Of a stretch of DNA of 64,000 bases, positions 27,990-38,281 are shown piece after piece. Under the pieces are notes generated by a model, which made no database searches, had not been told where the DNA came from, and saw nothing but the letters and a program-made list of their open reading frames with translations. Each line of letters begins with the position of its first letter. Within the stretch, counting starts at the first letter, position 1. The stretch is from an uncultured Spirochaetota bacterium (GTDB taxonomy: Bacteria > Spirochaetota > Brevinematia > Brevinematales > JAOACQ01): the NCBI GenBank assembly GCA_963768055.1, contig CAVYGN010000002.1, positions 256,001-320,000 on the forward strand. Direction: 5' to 3'. The position numbers and the translations under genes are program-made.

Positions 27990-28619
27990 TTATTTATCTC
28001 CGTTCTTGATTTCTTTTTTATCTTTATCGTATAATACGGTTTTTGTAATTTTTTCCTTTCCATAGGGATCTGTTACATAATAATCCTTGCGCATAGAGAT
28101 GCCGTTTTGATCGATGTAGCTGTTTATATAATAGTAGTCCCATTCCTCTACAAAGCCCTTGACAAGAAACATAACAGCCTTGTCGTAGCCTTTTTTATTG
28201 GCAAAATCCGGAGTGTAGAAATAATCGATCCGGATCTTCTGACCGTTCTCGTCAAAATATTCGTTGTGCTGGTTATATTTCTCCTTTTGGGCGAATTCGT
28301 CGGTATGGATAACATAAGCCGACGCAACTTTTCCCTTCTCACTGTAATACTCTATACGCTTGGTGAAACCTTTTTCTTTGGCGGCGGCTGGAAGGTAGTA
28401 ATATTCTACCTGCTTTATCTTTTTACCATAGTCGTAAAATATAACAGAACGCTCGATGCCGAATTTATTGTAAAATTCGTCGCCGTTCTGGTAGTTGAAT
28501 TCGACCGTCGCTCCTCCAAAATCGTTCTTATCGGTCAGTGTTCTGGAATTCTCGGCAAATCCTTTCAAGGAGATTGCCGCAAAGAGTATGATTATAGCGG
28601 CTGTCAATTTGCTTCTCAT
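27990..28619 (-). CDS. Secreted hypothetical protein with internal repeats
   Basis: Signal peptide; recurring ..EYY...FA..KG..K unit; AGGAGG RBS. Confidence 0.7.
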   Translation of the reverse strand: MRSKLTAAIIILFAAISLKGFAENSRTLTDKNDFGGATVEFNYQNGDEFYNKFGIERSVIFYDYGKKIKQVEYYYLPAAAKEKGFTKRIEYYSEKGKVASAYVIHTDEFAQKEKYNQHNEYFDENGQKIRIDYFYTPDFANKKGYDKAVMFLVKGFVEEWDYYYINSYIDQNGISMRKDYYVTDPYGKEKITKTVLYDKDKKEIKNGDK

Positions 28620-28813
28620 GGCTTATCCTCCTATAGTTGCGCTCGTTACCCCTCCTATCCGAAAGGCCCGAAGGATAGAGCACCCTGAATAAATATAACA
28701 CGCTTTTTTTCTTTTGTAAATCAACCGGGGGACTTTACGCGGCGAAGACAATAAATACCAATTTGGTTGACAATATGCCCGAATCATTCTAAATTGATAT
28801 ATCCGGAGGGAAT

Positions 28814-31006
28814 GTGCCAGGCAAAAAAAACGGTCTTCAGCATGAACCTGCCCAAAGGGCTTTCGCAAGGCAGTTTATTAATGAGATCCGGGACGCATAC
28901 GCTTTATGCAAAATAGTAACCGATAAAAATATGAATCCCGTTGATTTCCGCATACTGGATTTCAATCCCGCATTTGAATTATTGACAGGATTGGACAGCA
29001 GCATACTTGCCGGGGAATGTCTTCTGGAATCCGATTTATCCTCCGATCCCTTCTGGAATCAGATATTTAAAAAAACGGCATCTGCGGTTAAGAACGCAGG
29101 ATTCGAGATTTATTCAAAAAAACTCGATAAACACTTCAGGATCACTGCGGCTGTGCCCGAAAAGGGGATTATCGCGCTTCTGCTCGAAGATATTACCGAC
29201 GTTAAATCGGTTGAAAGGGCTGCGATGGAAAAACTTAGTAAAAGCGAGGAAAAATTCCGCCTTCTTACCGAGAGAAGCAATGTTTTGATCTGTGAAATCG
29301 ATTCCGAAGGTATTTTTTTATATGTCAATCCCGCTTTTAAGGACATTCTCGGCTATGAACAGGAAGAGCTGATCGGCCGGTCGGCTTTTGAAATAGGATA
29401 TCCTCCAAGCTTCAGCAAAGCCTCAAAAAAATTGAAAGAGGCGGCTGAACGTAACAACAGGCAGGAAAACATCTGGAAGTTTAAAGACAAATCCGGAAAT
29501 TGGCATTGGCTTAACTGTTTTACAAAGACCAACATAAATTCTACCGGGGAAATACGCATTAACACGGTAGCGATCGATATAACAAAGCAGAAAAATGCCG
29601 AAGAAGAATTACATAGGCAGGAACAGGAATACAAGACCCTGGTGGAAAGCGTCCCGGACATCATCGCACGCTATGACAGGAATTTCAGGCATATTTTTGT
29701 AAACAAAGCGATTTTTTATGATACCGGGATCAGTCCGAAATCGCTCATCGGTAAAAACTTCAGGGAAATGAATATTAAATCGCAGAAATATATTGAAAAT
29801 GCGGAGGCTTTTCTGAGGGCTATTTTTGAAAAAGGGGAAGAGATGAATTCCGAGACTTTTTTACCCGGCAAGAAAGGCGCCCAGCATTATTTATCCAGGG
29901 GGATCCCCGAGTTCGGCCCTGACGGTTCGGTAGCTACCGCTCTGGTTATCAGCAGAAACATAACAGGCCGTAAAAAAGCCGAGAATGCTTTGAAAGAAAG
30001 CGAGAAGCGTTTTGAGACTGTTTTTCGCGACAGCCCCGTCTGCACAAGCCTCACCCGGCTGTCGGACGGCCGTTTCATAGACGTTAATGAAGCATTTTTA
30101 AGACTTTTCGGCTTCAACCGGAAAGAGGTGATCGGATGCGATCCGCTGACATTAAATATGTGGGCTGATCCGGAAGACCGGCTTAACATGGTCAAAGATC
30201 TCAATAAAAAAGGGAGATCGGAAAGTTTTGAAACGGTTTTCCGGACAAAATCGGGCGAATTGCGGAATGTTATAGTGAATTCTGAAGTGATCAATGTGGC
30301 CGGAGAATCAAATATTCTGGGCCTCACATTGGATATAACCGATCGTAAGATTGCCGAAAAGCAGATCAGGACCGCGCTTAAAGAGAAGGATGTGCTCCTG
30401 AGGGAACTTTACCACAGGACCAAAAACAACATGCAGGTGATCTGCTCCATGCTCAGTCTTTATTCGTCGGACAGCCCTGACCCGGTTTTAAAAAGGGCGT
30501 TTATGGATATGGTAAACCGGATACAATCCATGGCCCTTGTACACCAGAAACTTTACCATTCGCAGGATCTTTCAAGTATCAGCCTGAAAGAATATATAAT
30601 GGAGCTGGTTAAACTATTATTTTCAAGCTTCGATGTCGCACCGGGCATTATAAGTATTATTTATGAACTGGAAGATATATATTTACCGGTAGATTTAGCC
30701 ATACCCTGCGGCCTGATCATAAACGAACTTGTTACAAATTCACTCAAGCATGCCTTCCCCGGCGGCCGGAAGGGCCTGATCAGCATTATTTTAAAAAAAG
30801 AGGATGATAATATCATTCTTCAGATATCAGATAATGGTGCCGGTATACCCGAAGGCACCGATTTTAAAGTGAAAGCCGGCATGGGGATCAAGACAGTATT
30901 CAATTTAGCCGAAATGCAGCTCAAGGGCGAATTATCATATGAATCCCATAATGGAATTTCGTTCTGTATCCGCTTCGGCGAGCCGGCTCGTCAAAACTTT
31001 AAATAA
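28814..31006 (+). CDS. Cytoplasmic multi-PAS sensor histidine kinase (HisKA_2 type)
   Basis: Several PAS/PAC units; ELYHRTKNNMQVI H-box; NELVTNSLKHAF; DNGAG. Confidence 0.92.
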   Translation: MPGKKNGLQHEPAQRAFARQFINEIRDAYALCKIVTDKNMNPVDFRILDFNPAFELLTGLDSSILAGECLLESDLSSDPFWNQIFKKTASAVKNAGFEIYSKKLDKHFRITAAVPEKGIIALLLEDITDVKSVERAAMEKLSKSEEKFRLLTERSNVLICEIDSEGIFLYVNPAFKDILGYEQEELIGRSAFEIGYPPSFSKASKKLKEAAERNNRQENIWKFKDKSGNWHWLNCFTKTNINSTGEIRINTVAIDITKQKNAEEELHRQEQEYKTLVESVPDIIARYDRNFRHIFVNKAIFYDTGISPKSLIGKNFREMNIKSQKYIENAEAFLRAIFEKGEEMNSETFLPGKKGAQHYLSRGIPEFGPDGSVATALVISRNITGRKKAENALKESEKRFETVFRDSPVCTSLTRLSDGRFIDVNEAFLRLFGFNRKEVIGCDPLTLNMWADPEDRLNMVKDLNKKGRSESFETVFRTKSGELRNVIVNSEVINVAGESNILGLTLDITDRKIAEKQIRTALKEKDVLLRELYHRTKNNMQVICSMLSLYSSDSPDPVLKRAFMDMVNRIQSMALVHQKLYHSQDLSSISLKEYIMELVKLLFSSFDVAPGIISIIYELEDIYLPVDLAIPCGLIINELVTNSLKHAFPGGRKGLISIILKKEDDNIILQISDNGAGIPEGTDFKVKAGMGIKTVFNLAEMQLKGELSYESHNGISFCIRFGEPARQNFK

Positions 31007-31361
31007 AAATAGAATCGACCACTTTCTCTTTCCTGCCGTTCCAGATATTTACGGCCCTGCAGAAAAGCTTGAAACTGAAGCCGCTGCCCCTGAGATTCAT
31101 GAAATATATGGAAAATGCCAGCATCTTGAGGGAATTCAGGTAGGAACGGATTCCCGGGCTGTTCTCCCTTATCCACCTGTATACAGCTGTGCAATCTTCA
31201 GGATCGATGCACTCGAGGCAGAGGCGTCTTTCGATTTCAATTTTCTGAATCCCTGCGTCAACTTTCATTGGAGAATTCCCTGTTTTAACAACTTTGTAAT
31301 ATTCTTTTACATAATTGTAAGTTTTATCATCTTTTTCAAGGAGACAGAATACTCCCTTCAT
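30999..31361 (-). CDS. Hypothetical protein
   Basis: Open frame filling the gap between + strand genes; no family recognised. Confidence 0.5.
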   Translation of the reverse strand: MKGVFCLLEKDDKTYNYVKEYYKVVKTGNSPMKVDAGIQKIEIERRLCLECIDPEDCTAVYRWIRENSPGIRSYLNSLKMLAFSIYFMNLRGSGFSFKLFCRAVNIWNGRKEKVVDSIFI

Positions 31362-31482
31362 TTCCCGCTCCGATAATCTACTAAACAAATTATCGGCATT
31401 TCGTAAAAATTGTTGCAAAATCTAATGTTTGATAAGAATTAATATTAAATATATAATAAGTCCTCAAGCGAGGTGGTCCTCA

Positions 31483-32547
31483 ATGCTTTACCTTAAATTG
31501 TTTAATGTAACGATCTACGAATCCAATCTCAGCAACAGGTTATTTTCCGGAAAAGATTCCGACCCGATACTTGACGATATCAGCTTTAATATCGACAGGG
31601 GCGAGATCTTCGGGATCGTCGGACCGAGCGGCTGCGGTAAAACGGTTCTCCTGAAAACCATAGCCGGCCTTTTTTTCCCCGAAGAGGGGGAAATCTATAT
31701 CGACGGCGAGACGGTAACGAAAGCTAAACCATCAGAGCGGGGCGTATCTATGGTTTTCCAGGATTTCGTACTGTACCCTCATATGACAAATTTAAACAAC
31801 ATACGCTTTTCGGCGTCCGCAAACCCTATGAACCTGGAATCGGTTGCTCGGCTTCTGCATATTGAAGAAAAGAAGCTTCTCGATAAATTTCCCCGGTATA
31901 CCTCCCTGGGCGAGAGGCAGCGCGTATCTATAGGAAAAGCCCTGATCTCCCGCCCTAAAATCCTTCTGCTTGATGAACCCCTTTCAAACGTCGAGGACAG
32001 CCTCCGCATAGAGATAAGGCATAACATGAAAAAACTTATCAAAGAAAACGGCATCACAACGATATATGTCTCGCATAATCAGACGGAAATCGGCGAAATA
32101 TCCGACAATATCGCCGTAATGAGGAAGGGGAAATTCGAACAGACCGGCTCATACCTCGATCTTTATGACAACCCGAAGACCCTGTTTGTTTCAACTCTTA
32201 TCGGGGAAAAATCCAGCAATTTTCTTACCTCCGGGGAAGTGTCGAGCCTCACAGGCGGTAAGATAAAATATTCCCTCACGATCAGGCCGGGGGAATGCGG
32301 TCTTGAGGAAAAAGGGGAATCTATTTCAATCGAAGGCAAAGTTTCCTTCATAGAGAATTTTATCCAGGAAAGCAAAAAGATCGTTTTCTTAAACAAAGAG
32401 GGAGAACTCTTCGGCGTGGAGGTCAGTATCGACTACCCGGTAAATAAAGACGACAGCATTAAAATTTATATACCTATCGGCAAGGCCAAGTTTTTCGACG
32501 ACATAGAAAACTCTGAGTCTCCATCAAGGGTCTATAATCTATGGTGA
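31483..32547 (+). CDS. ABC transporter ATP-binding protein, MalK/PotA-like
   Basis: GPSGCGKT Walker A, MVFQDFVLYPHMT, LLLDEPLSN; signature degenerate (TSLGERQR). Confidence 0.85.
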   Translation: MLYLKLFNVTIYESNLSNRLFSGKDSDPILDDISFNIDRGEIFGIVGPSGCGKTVLLKTIAGLFFPEEGEIYIDGETVTKAKPSERGVSMVFQDFVLYPHMTNLNNIRFSASANPMNLESVARLLHIEEKKLLDKFPRYTSLGERQRVSIGKALISRPKILLLDEPLSNVEDSLRIEIRHNMKKLIKENGITTIYVSHNQTEIGEISDNIAVMRKGKFEQTGSYLDLYDNPKTLFVSTLIGEKSSNFLTSGEVSSLTGGKIKYSLTIRPGECGLEEKGESISIEGKVSFIENFIQESKKIVFLNKEGELFGVEVSIDYPVNKDDSIKIYIPIGKAKFFDDIENSESPSRVYNLW

Positions 32548-33827
32548 TAAAAAACGGCTTAGTATATGATTTTGAAGAAAAGATCGGCGGACGGAAACTG
32601 GACATCCTTATAAAAGAAGGCAGGATAAAAAAAATCTCCCCCTCTATCGATGCTGCAGACGGACCGGTGATAGACGCAAGCTCTATGTATGTAATTCCCG
32701 GGCTTGTCGACTTGCACGCTCATCTCAGGGAACCCGGCGAGACGCAAAAGGAAACGCTTGAATCGGGGTCCCGCGCTGCCGCAAGGGGAGGAATAACAAC
32801 CCTTCTGGCTATGCCGAATACCTTACCCCCCGCCGACAATCCCGAATTAATAAGCTCGCTCGTTAAAAAGGCGGCTTCCATCGCGCCGGTTTCGATATTG
32901 TTCGCGTCCTGCATGACTATTAAAAGGGAAGGCCTTTATCCCGTGGATATTGCGAAGAACAGGGAAGCGGGCTGCGCCGCCTTTTCGGACGACGGTTCGA
33001 GCATCCAGGACCTGAATGTCCTGATAGGCCTGTGCCGGGCTGCCGCGGATCAAAAAGTTCTCCTGATTGACCACCCCGAAATCAGGGCCTTGTCCGGGAA
33101 CGGCCCGGTAAGCTACGGGCAGCTTCCTTTGAAATTCGGCCTGGAGGGCCAGCCCGCCGAGGCTGAAAGCCTTGCAATTTGGACCCTTGGCTCTGCGGCA
33201 GGTTTATTCGGTGCGCAAGTCCATTTCACTCATATTTCGACCCGTAAATCCGCGGAAGCGGTCCGGATGCTGAAGTCTTACTATCCCGGAAGGATATCCT
33301 GCGATACAACCCCGCACCATCTCCTGCTCTCGGAGGAAGATCTCTTGAAAATCCTTGATACGAATAAAAAAATAAACCCTCCCCTCCGCCCGGAGGACGA
33401 CAGGCGAGCCGTCGAAGAAGCCCTTTGCGCCGGGGTAATAGATGCGATCGCGACAGACCATGCCCCTCATACGGATGAAGAGAAGAGCAGGCCCTTCGAA
33501 TCGGCACCCTTCGGGACTATAGGATTCGAGACATTTTTAGCCTCAACATACACACATCTTGTAAGGAAGAGGGGGCTAAATGTCCTTGACTGGCTCCGGA
33601 TGGTTACAAGCAGTCCTTCGGGAATCCTGGGAATAGAAAGAGGCGTGATAAGGACAGGCGGCAGGGCCGACATTACGGTATTCCATCCCGGGAAAAAATT
33701 CACCGTCGAAAGGGAAGCCATCATATCTAAATCCAAAAACAGCGCCTTCCTGGGCATGACTTTTTACGGCAATGTCGAATACACCATAGCAGGCGGAAGG
33801 ATAGCTTACCCTTTTAACCTTTTTTAG
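32541..33827 (+). CDS. pyrC: Dihydroorotase
   Basis: PGLVDLHAHLREPG, AMPNT, KINPPLR, ATDHAPH, APFG. Confidence 0.92.
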   Translation: MVIKNGLVYDFEEKIGGRKLDILIKEGRIKKISPSIDAADGPVIDASSMYVIPGLVDLHAHLREPGETQKETLESGSRAAARGGITTLLAMPNTLPPADNPELISSLVKKAASIAPVSILFASCMTIKREGLYPVDIAKNREAGCAAFSDDGSSIQDLNVLIGLCRAAADQKVLLIDHPEIRALSGNGPVSYGQLPLKFGLEGQPAEAESLAIWTLGSAAGLFGAQVHFTHISTRKSAEAVRMLKSYYPGRISCDTTPHHLLLSEEDLLKILDTNKKINPPLRPEDDRRAVEEALCAGVIDAIATDHAPHTDEEKSRPFESAPFGTIGFETFLASTYTHLVRKRGLNVLDWLRMVTSSPSGILGIERGVIRTGGRADITVFHPGKKFTVEREAIISKSKNSAFLGMTFYGNVEYTIAGGRIAYPFNLF

Positions 33828-34965
33828 CCAGCAGGCTTTCCCCGTCCCTCATCAGCCTCTCCTGCCTCAATACCTGGTAGGGAATGAAACTGTCGATGAA
33901 GCAGTTCCCCCCCACTTTCATACCCGACGGCACCCTCACATCCTTTCCGATAAGCGTCACGCCGAAATTGAGGATTTCAGGAAAATCCGCGTTGACCGCC
34001 GAAGAATTCTCGGCGCCGATAGAGGCATGGGACTCGATGGTAGGCATACTGCTGTCTTTCGAATACTCGTCTATGATGGAATTCACAATGACCGAATTAG
34101 GGCCTATATGATTGCCCGGCAGGATCAGGGAGTTTTTAACATGGGCATGCTTATCCACCCTTACATTCGAGAATATTATCGAATTCTCGACCCTGCCGAA
34201 AAGGTCCACATTTTCACCTACAATTGAATTCTTGACGTATGAACCGCGCCCGAAGGTGGAAGAACTTGAAAGGGATAGGCCCCCGTTGACAGGGACATAA
34301 GCGTTGTAAAGGTCGAGCATCAGGTAGTCGTCGATCATGTCGAGATGTATGTTGTAATATTCCTTGAGGCTTTTGAAAGGCATTATATATCCCTTGGTTT
34401 CAACAGATTTGATATCGAATTCCTTGATGATCTTTTCCATAATATCCAGGTCCAGGTTGGATTCGTCGAGGAAAAAGCTTTCATATTTCTTGATAAATAT
34501 ATTTTTCTCTACAACAAGGCCTGAATAAATATTTTTTAAGTTATATTTAGTTTTAATGGCAAGATTAGTGTTTTTTTCAAGCTCGTCCGCCAGGACCCTC
34601 ATATCGAACCATATGGGATAATTCCCCTTAAGGATAACTATTCCCTCAAGCGAATGCTCTTTAGAGAATTCCGTCAAAAACGTGGAAAATTTTTCCGAAA
34701 TATCGAGGTAATCGAAGATATAAAATTTTACCGAAGGCCAGCCCTTTACGAGGTAATTCAGTACAATATCCTTGTCTCTTTTAACAAAAACGACGACATT
34801 CCTTACCTGGATCGATGACAGGGAACTGATGGCGAAATCGATATTGCAGAAGCGGGGCGAATAAGGCAGAAGGAAATGTTCGGCGTATTCGTCGAAAGAC
34901 AGAAAATTATAACTATTCTCCCCGATTATAATGCCCAGGTCAAGACTTTTCTTTGATGAGGCCAT
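33814..34965 (-). CDS. Degenerate glucose-1-phosphate adenylyltransferase-like protein (GlgC/GlgD-like)
   Basis: LLPY..RF..IDFAISSL; SLKEYY..HLD; hexapeptide beta-helix VKNSIVG/VENSIIF; GVTLIGK. Confidence 0.65.
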   Translation of the reverse strand: MASSKKSLDLGIIIGENSYNFLSFDEYAEHFLLPYSPRFCNIDFAISSLSSIQVRNVVVFVKRDKDIVLNYLVKGWPSVKFYIFDYLDISEKFSTFLTEFSKEHSLEGIVILKGNYPIWFDMRVLADELEKNTNLAIKTKYNLKNIYSGLVVEKNIFIKKYESFFLDESNLDLDIMEKIIKEFDIKSVETKGYIMPFKSLKEYYNIHLDMIDDYLMLDLYNAYVPVNGGLSLSSSSTFGRGSYVKNSIVGENVDLFGRVENSIIFSNVRVDKHAHVKNSLILPGNHIGPNSVIVNSIIDEYSKDSSMPTIESHASIGAENSSAVNADFPEILNFGVTLIGKDVRVPSGMKVGGNCFIDSFIPYQVLRQERLMRDGESLLAKKG

Positions 34966-34970
34966 ATCGA

Positions 34971-36014
34971 CTACCTTTTAATCATCTTCTGTATATTTTC
35001 CTTGAATGGCGGATAAATGACCCCAAATTCCGTGACAATCCCCGTAACAAGCCTGTGCGGGGTTACATCGAAGGCGGGGTTGTAGGCGTCGGCATTTTCA
35101 GGGGCGCTCTGCATTCCCCTGAATTTGATAACTTCCTCCTTGTCCCTCTCTTCTATGGGTATAAGTTCACCGTTTTCAATACCGGGATCAAATGTCGAGA
35201 CCGGCGCAGCGGTATAAAAAGGCACTCCATGATAATGGGCCATAACGGCCAGGGAATAAGTGCCTATCTTGTTAGCGAAATCCCCGTTCAGTGCGATCCT
35301 ATCGGCGCCGACAATGACCAGGTCGATCCCTTTTTTGGCCATTACCGCGGCAGCCATGTTGTCGCATATTACTTTATATGGAATTCCTGTTTTTCCCAGC
35401 TCCCAGGCGGTCAATCGCGAACCCTGAAGGAGGGGCCTTGTTTCATCGGCATACACGAAGACGTTTTTTCCCTCCTCATGCGCTTTGAATACCACTGAAA
35501 GCGCGGTACCGTTTCCTCCGGTGGCAAGCCCCCCCGTATTGCAATGTGTGAGGATTTTAGCGTTTTCCGGTATCAGATTTAGGCCGTATTTCGCGATTCC
35601 CTCGGATTTATTCAGATCTTCCTTATGAATAGAAAGGGCCTCTTTTTTCCAGCCTGCGAGAATCTCCCTCTGATCGGCGCTTCCGTCAAGCACGGCTTTC
35701 ATTCTCTTTATCGCATAAAAGAGATTATATGCAGTCGGCCTGCTTTTCCCTATATAATCCAGTATTTCCCTGCCCTTTTCCCTATACGCCTTAAAATCCT
35801 TGATCGATGAATAACCGGCCAGCGATATATAAGCCCCGTAAGCCGCCGTGATGCCGATCGCCGGCGCGCCTCTGACGGCAAGCGTGTAGATCGCTTCAAA
35901 GACCTCGGATTCATTCCTGAGCTCTATAACCTTTTCCTGCTGGGGAAGGGCCCGCTGATCGATTATGAACAGCCTGTCATCATCAAGGAAAACGGTTTTA
36001 ATGACCTGATTCAT
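34971..36014 (-). CDS. mtnA: Methylthioribose-1-phosphate isomerase
   Basis: VRGAPAIG, RPTA, THCNTGGLAT, ETRPLLQGSRLTAWE, NKIGTY, NPAFDVTP. Confidence 0.95.
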   Translation of the reverse strand: MNQVIKTVFLDDDRLFIIDQRALPQQEKVIELRNESEVFEAIYTLAVRGAPAIGITAAYGAYISLAGYSSIKDFKAYREKGREILDYIGKSRPTAYNLFYAIKRMKAVLDGSADQREILAGWKKEALSIHKEDLNKSEGIAKYGLNLIPENAKILTHCNTGGLATGGNGTALSVVFKAHEEGKNVFVYADETRPLLQGSRLTAWELGKTGIPYKVICDNMAAAVMAKKGIDLVIVGADRIALNGDFANKIGTYSLAVMAHYHGVPFYTAAPVSTFDPGIENGELIPIEERDKEEVIKFRGMQSAPENADAYNPAFDVTPHRLVTGIVTEFGVIYPPFKENIQKMIKR

Positions 36015-36769
36015 ACCGTCGCCCTGCTGAATTTGCTTTTTAATTTATAAAACAGGGTAAATAAAAACAAAAAGAAAATCCTGAAAATACGGGCTAAATT
36101 ATACGGATGGATGAGGGTCGTATAAAACCCGTTCCATCCCTTCTTCTGGAACCAGATCGGCGGCATTTTCTTCTTGCCGGCTATAACCTTAAAAGAATTT
36201 CCGACCCCGACCGTTATCGAAGACTGGTAATAACCGAAATTTTTCGTAATCCATTTTTCCTGCTTCGGCCCTGAACCGTAGCTGGCTATAAATATCTGCG
36301 GCGAACTTTTCCTTATTGTGATCAGGACGTCCTGGAGTTCCTGGTTTTTGATATTGGAACGGTAGCTCCCGACAATCCTCGCCTGTGCGAAGGATTTCCG
36401 TATTCTCTTCAGGGTTTCCAGCGCCACGTTTTTTGTCCCCCCGAAAAGAAAGACCGTGTAATTCATCTCGTCGGCGGCGCGCATGAGATCGAGGTATAAT
36501 GTAACAGGCATGATGACATGGACCGTTTTTCCGGTTAGAAGCCTGACCATCCATGCGACGGTCTGGGAAGCGCAGATCACAATTTCAGTCTTTTTAAGGA
36601 TCTGCCGGAGTTCATGATTGAATAAAGAAAAGAACATTATCTTTTCATCCAGCAGCAATATTCGGAACCTTTCCTTGTCATAGATTGTCTGGATAAGGCA
36701 TTCTTTTAATTCTTCACGGTTCGTAAGGCTTATTTTTACTCCGAGCAAATTAACCGATTGAGGCAGCAT
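36011..36769 (-). CDS. WecB/TagA/CpsF family glycosyltransferase
   Basis: VFLFGG, RIVG, PKQEKWI, GVG.SF.VIAG...P.W. Confidence 0.8.
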   Translation of the reverse strand: MLPQSVNLLGVKISLTNREELKECLIQTIYDKERFRILLLDEKIMFFSLFNHELRQILKKTEIVICASQTVAWMVRLLTGKTVHVIMPVTLYLDLMRAADEMNYTVFLFGGTKNVALETLKRIRKSFAQARIVGSYRSNIKNQELQDVLITIRKSSPQIFIASYGSGPKQEKWITKNFGYYQSSITVGVGNSFKVIAGKKKMPPIWFQKKGWNGFYTTLIHPYNLARIFRIFFLFLFTLFYKLKSKFSRATV

Positions 36770-36823
36770 CAGCAAGTCCCTCCTCCCCGAAGATTCTAAT
36801 ACAAAAGTGAAATTAATACAAAT

Positions 36824-38281
36824 CTATCCGAAGCAGACCCTTGTTTCCCTGGCGGCCTTTGTCTCATCCAGTCTTGTGACAGGGGTATTTCCGGGAGCGG
36901 CCAGAAGTTTACCGGGAGCCGCGGCCGCGGTTTCGGCTATTTCCTTCATTACCCCGATAAAATTATCGAGGGTTTCCTTATTCTCGGTTTCAGTCGGCTC
37001 TATCATTATCGCTTCTTTAACGATCAGGGGAAAATAAACCGTAGGAGGGTGGATACCCCTCTCAATCAGGCCCTTTGCTATGTCGAGGGCATGGACGCCG
37101 TAAGGCAATTGCTTTTCCGCCGAAAAGACGCATTCATGCATGCAGGTCCTGTCATATGGAAGATGATAATATTTTTTTAATTTTTCCTTTATATAATTCG
37201 CGTTAAGCACGGCCTGCTCCGAAACCCTTATCAGGCCCTCCCTGCCCAGAAGCAGGATATAAGCGTAAGCCTTGACCAGCACCCCGAAATTACCGAAAAA
37301 TCCGGATACGCGCCCGATGCTGTTTTTATTTTCGGGCGGCAGGAAATAACCGCCGGAGGCATTCCTTTTTATCACGGGAGATGGCAGAAATTCTATAAGC
37401 TCCTTTTTTACTCCGACAGGTCCGGCTCCGGGACCGCCGCCGCCATGAGGAGTCCCGAATGTTTTATGGAGGTTGACATGTACTACGTCAAACCCCGCAT
37501 CGCCGGGCTTTACCTTGCCCATTATCGCATTCAAATTTGCCCCGTCATAGTACATCAGGGCCCCGGCGGAATGGGCGAGCCCCGCTATTTCGGCGATCCT
37601 GGTTTCAAAAATCCCAAGGGTGTTTGGGCAGGTCATCATGACCGCAGCGGTTTCTTCATTCAATACTTTTTTAAATTCTTCAAGGTCCATTTCGCCATTT
37701 TCCAGGCTTTTGACGGTCACTATCTCGTAACCCGCCATCGCAGCCGAGGCAGGGTTCGTCCCATGGGAAGAATCCGGTACAATGACATATTTTTTCTTAT
37801 TCCCTTTCGATTTATGATAAGCGCCTATAAGGAGTATGCCCGTCATCTCGCCCTGAGCCCCCGCCATAGGCGCGGTTGTGACGCTGTCCATCCCGGTGAT
37901 CTCCGCGATGAGGCCTTCCAGGTCTTTTATAACGGCAAGACAGCCCTGGACAAGGCTTTCACCGCCGTCAATGTAACTTGAGAGAGGGTGGGCCCCCCGA
38001 AATCCGGGGAGATCGGCAGCTTTTTCCATAACCTTCGGGTTGTATTTCATAGTGCAGGATCCCAGGGGATAAAATTCAGTGTCGGCCGAAAAATTCAAAC
38101 GCGACAGCCTGGTGTAATGACGCACAACGTCGGGTTCGCTAACCTCTGGAAGGGCCGGCACTGAAAGTGTCAGCAATTCCGGGGGAAGACCGGGGGCCTC
38201 GGGTATATCAGCCCCGGGAATATCCAGGCCTCTTCTTCCCGGGACCGATTTCTCGAAGATCAGTTTTTCCATCCCGTTCAT
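36824..38281 (-). CDS. gcvPB: Glycine dehydrogenase subunit 2
   Basis: PLGSCTMKYNPK, HGTNPASA, NLHKTFGTPHGGGGPG, IEPTETE. Confidence 0.95.
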   Translation of the reverse strand: MNGMEKLIFEKSVPGRRGLDIPGADIPEAPGLPPELLTLSVPALPEVSEPDVVRHYTRLSRLNFSADTEFYPLGSCTMKYNPKVMEKAADLPGFRGAHPLSSYIDGGESLVQGCLAVIKDLEGLIAEITGMDSVTTAPMAGAQGEMTGILLIGAYHKSKGNKKKYVIVPDSSHGTNPASAAMAGYEIVTVKSLENGEMDLEEFKKVLNEETAAVMMTCPNTLGIFETRIAEIAGLAHSAGALMYYDGANLNAIMGKVKPGDAGFDVVHVNLHKTFGTPHGGGGPGAGPVGVKKELIEFLPSPVIKRNASGGYFLPPENKNSIGRVSGFFGNFGVLVKAYAYILLLGREGLIRVSEQAVLNANYIKEKLKKYYHLPYDRTCMHECVFSAEKQLPYGVHALDIAKGLIERGIHPPTVYFPLIVKEAIMIEPTETENKETLDNFIGVMKEIAETAAAAPGKLLAAPGNTPVTRLDETKAARETRVCFG

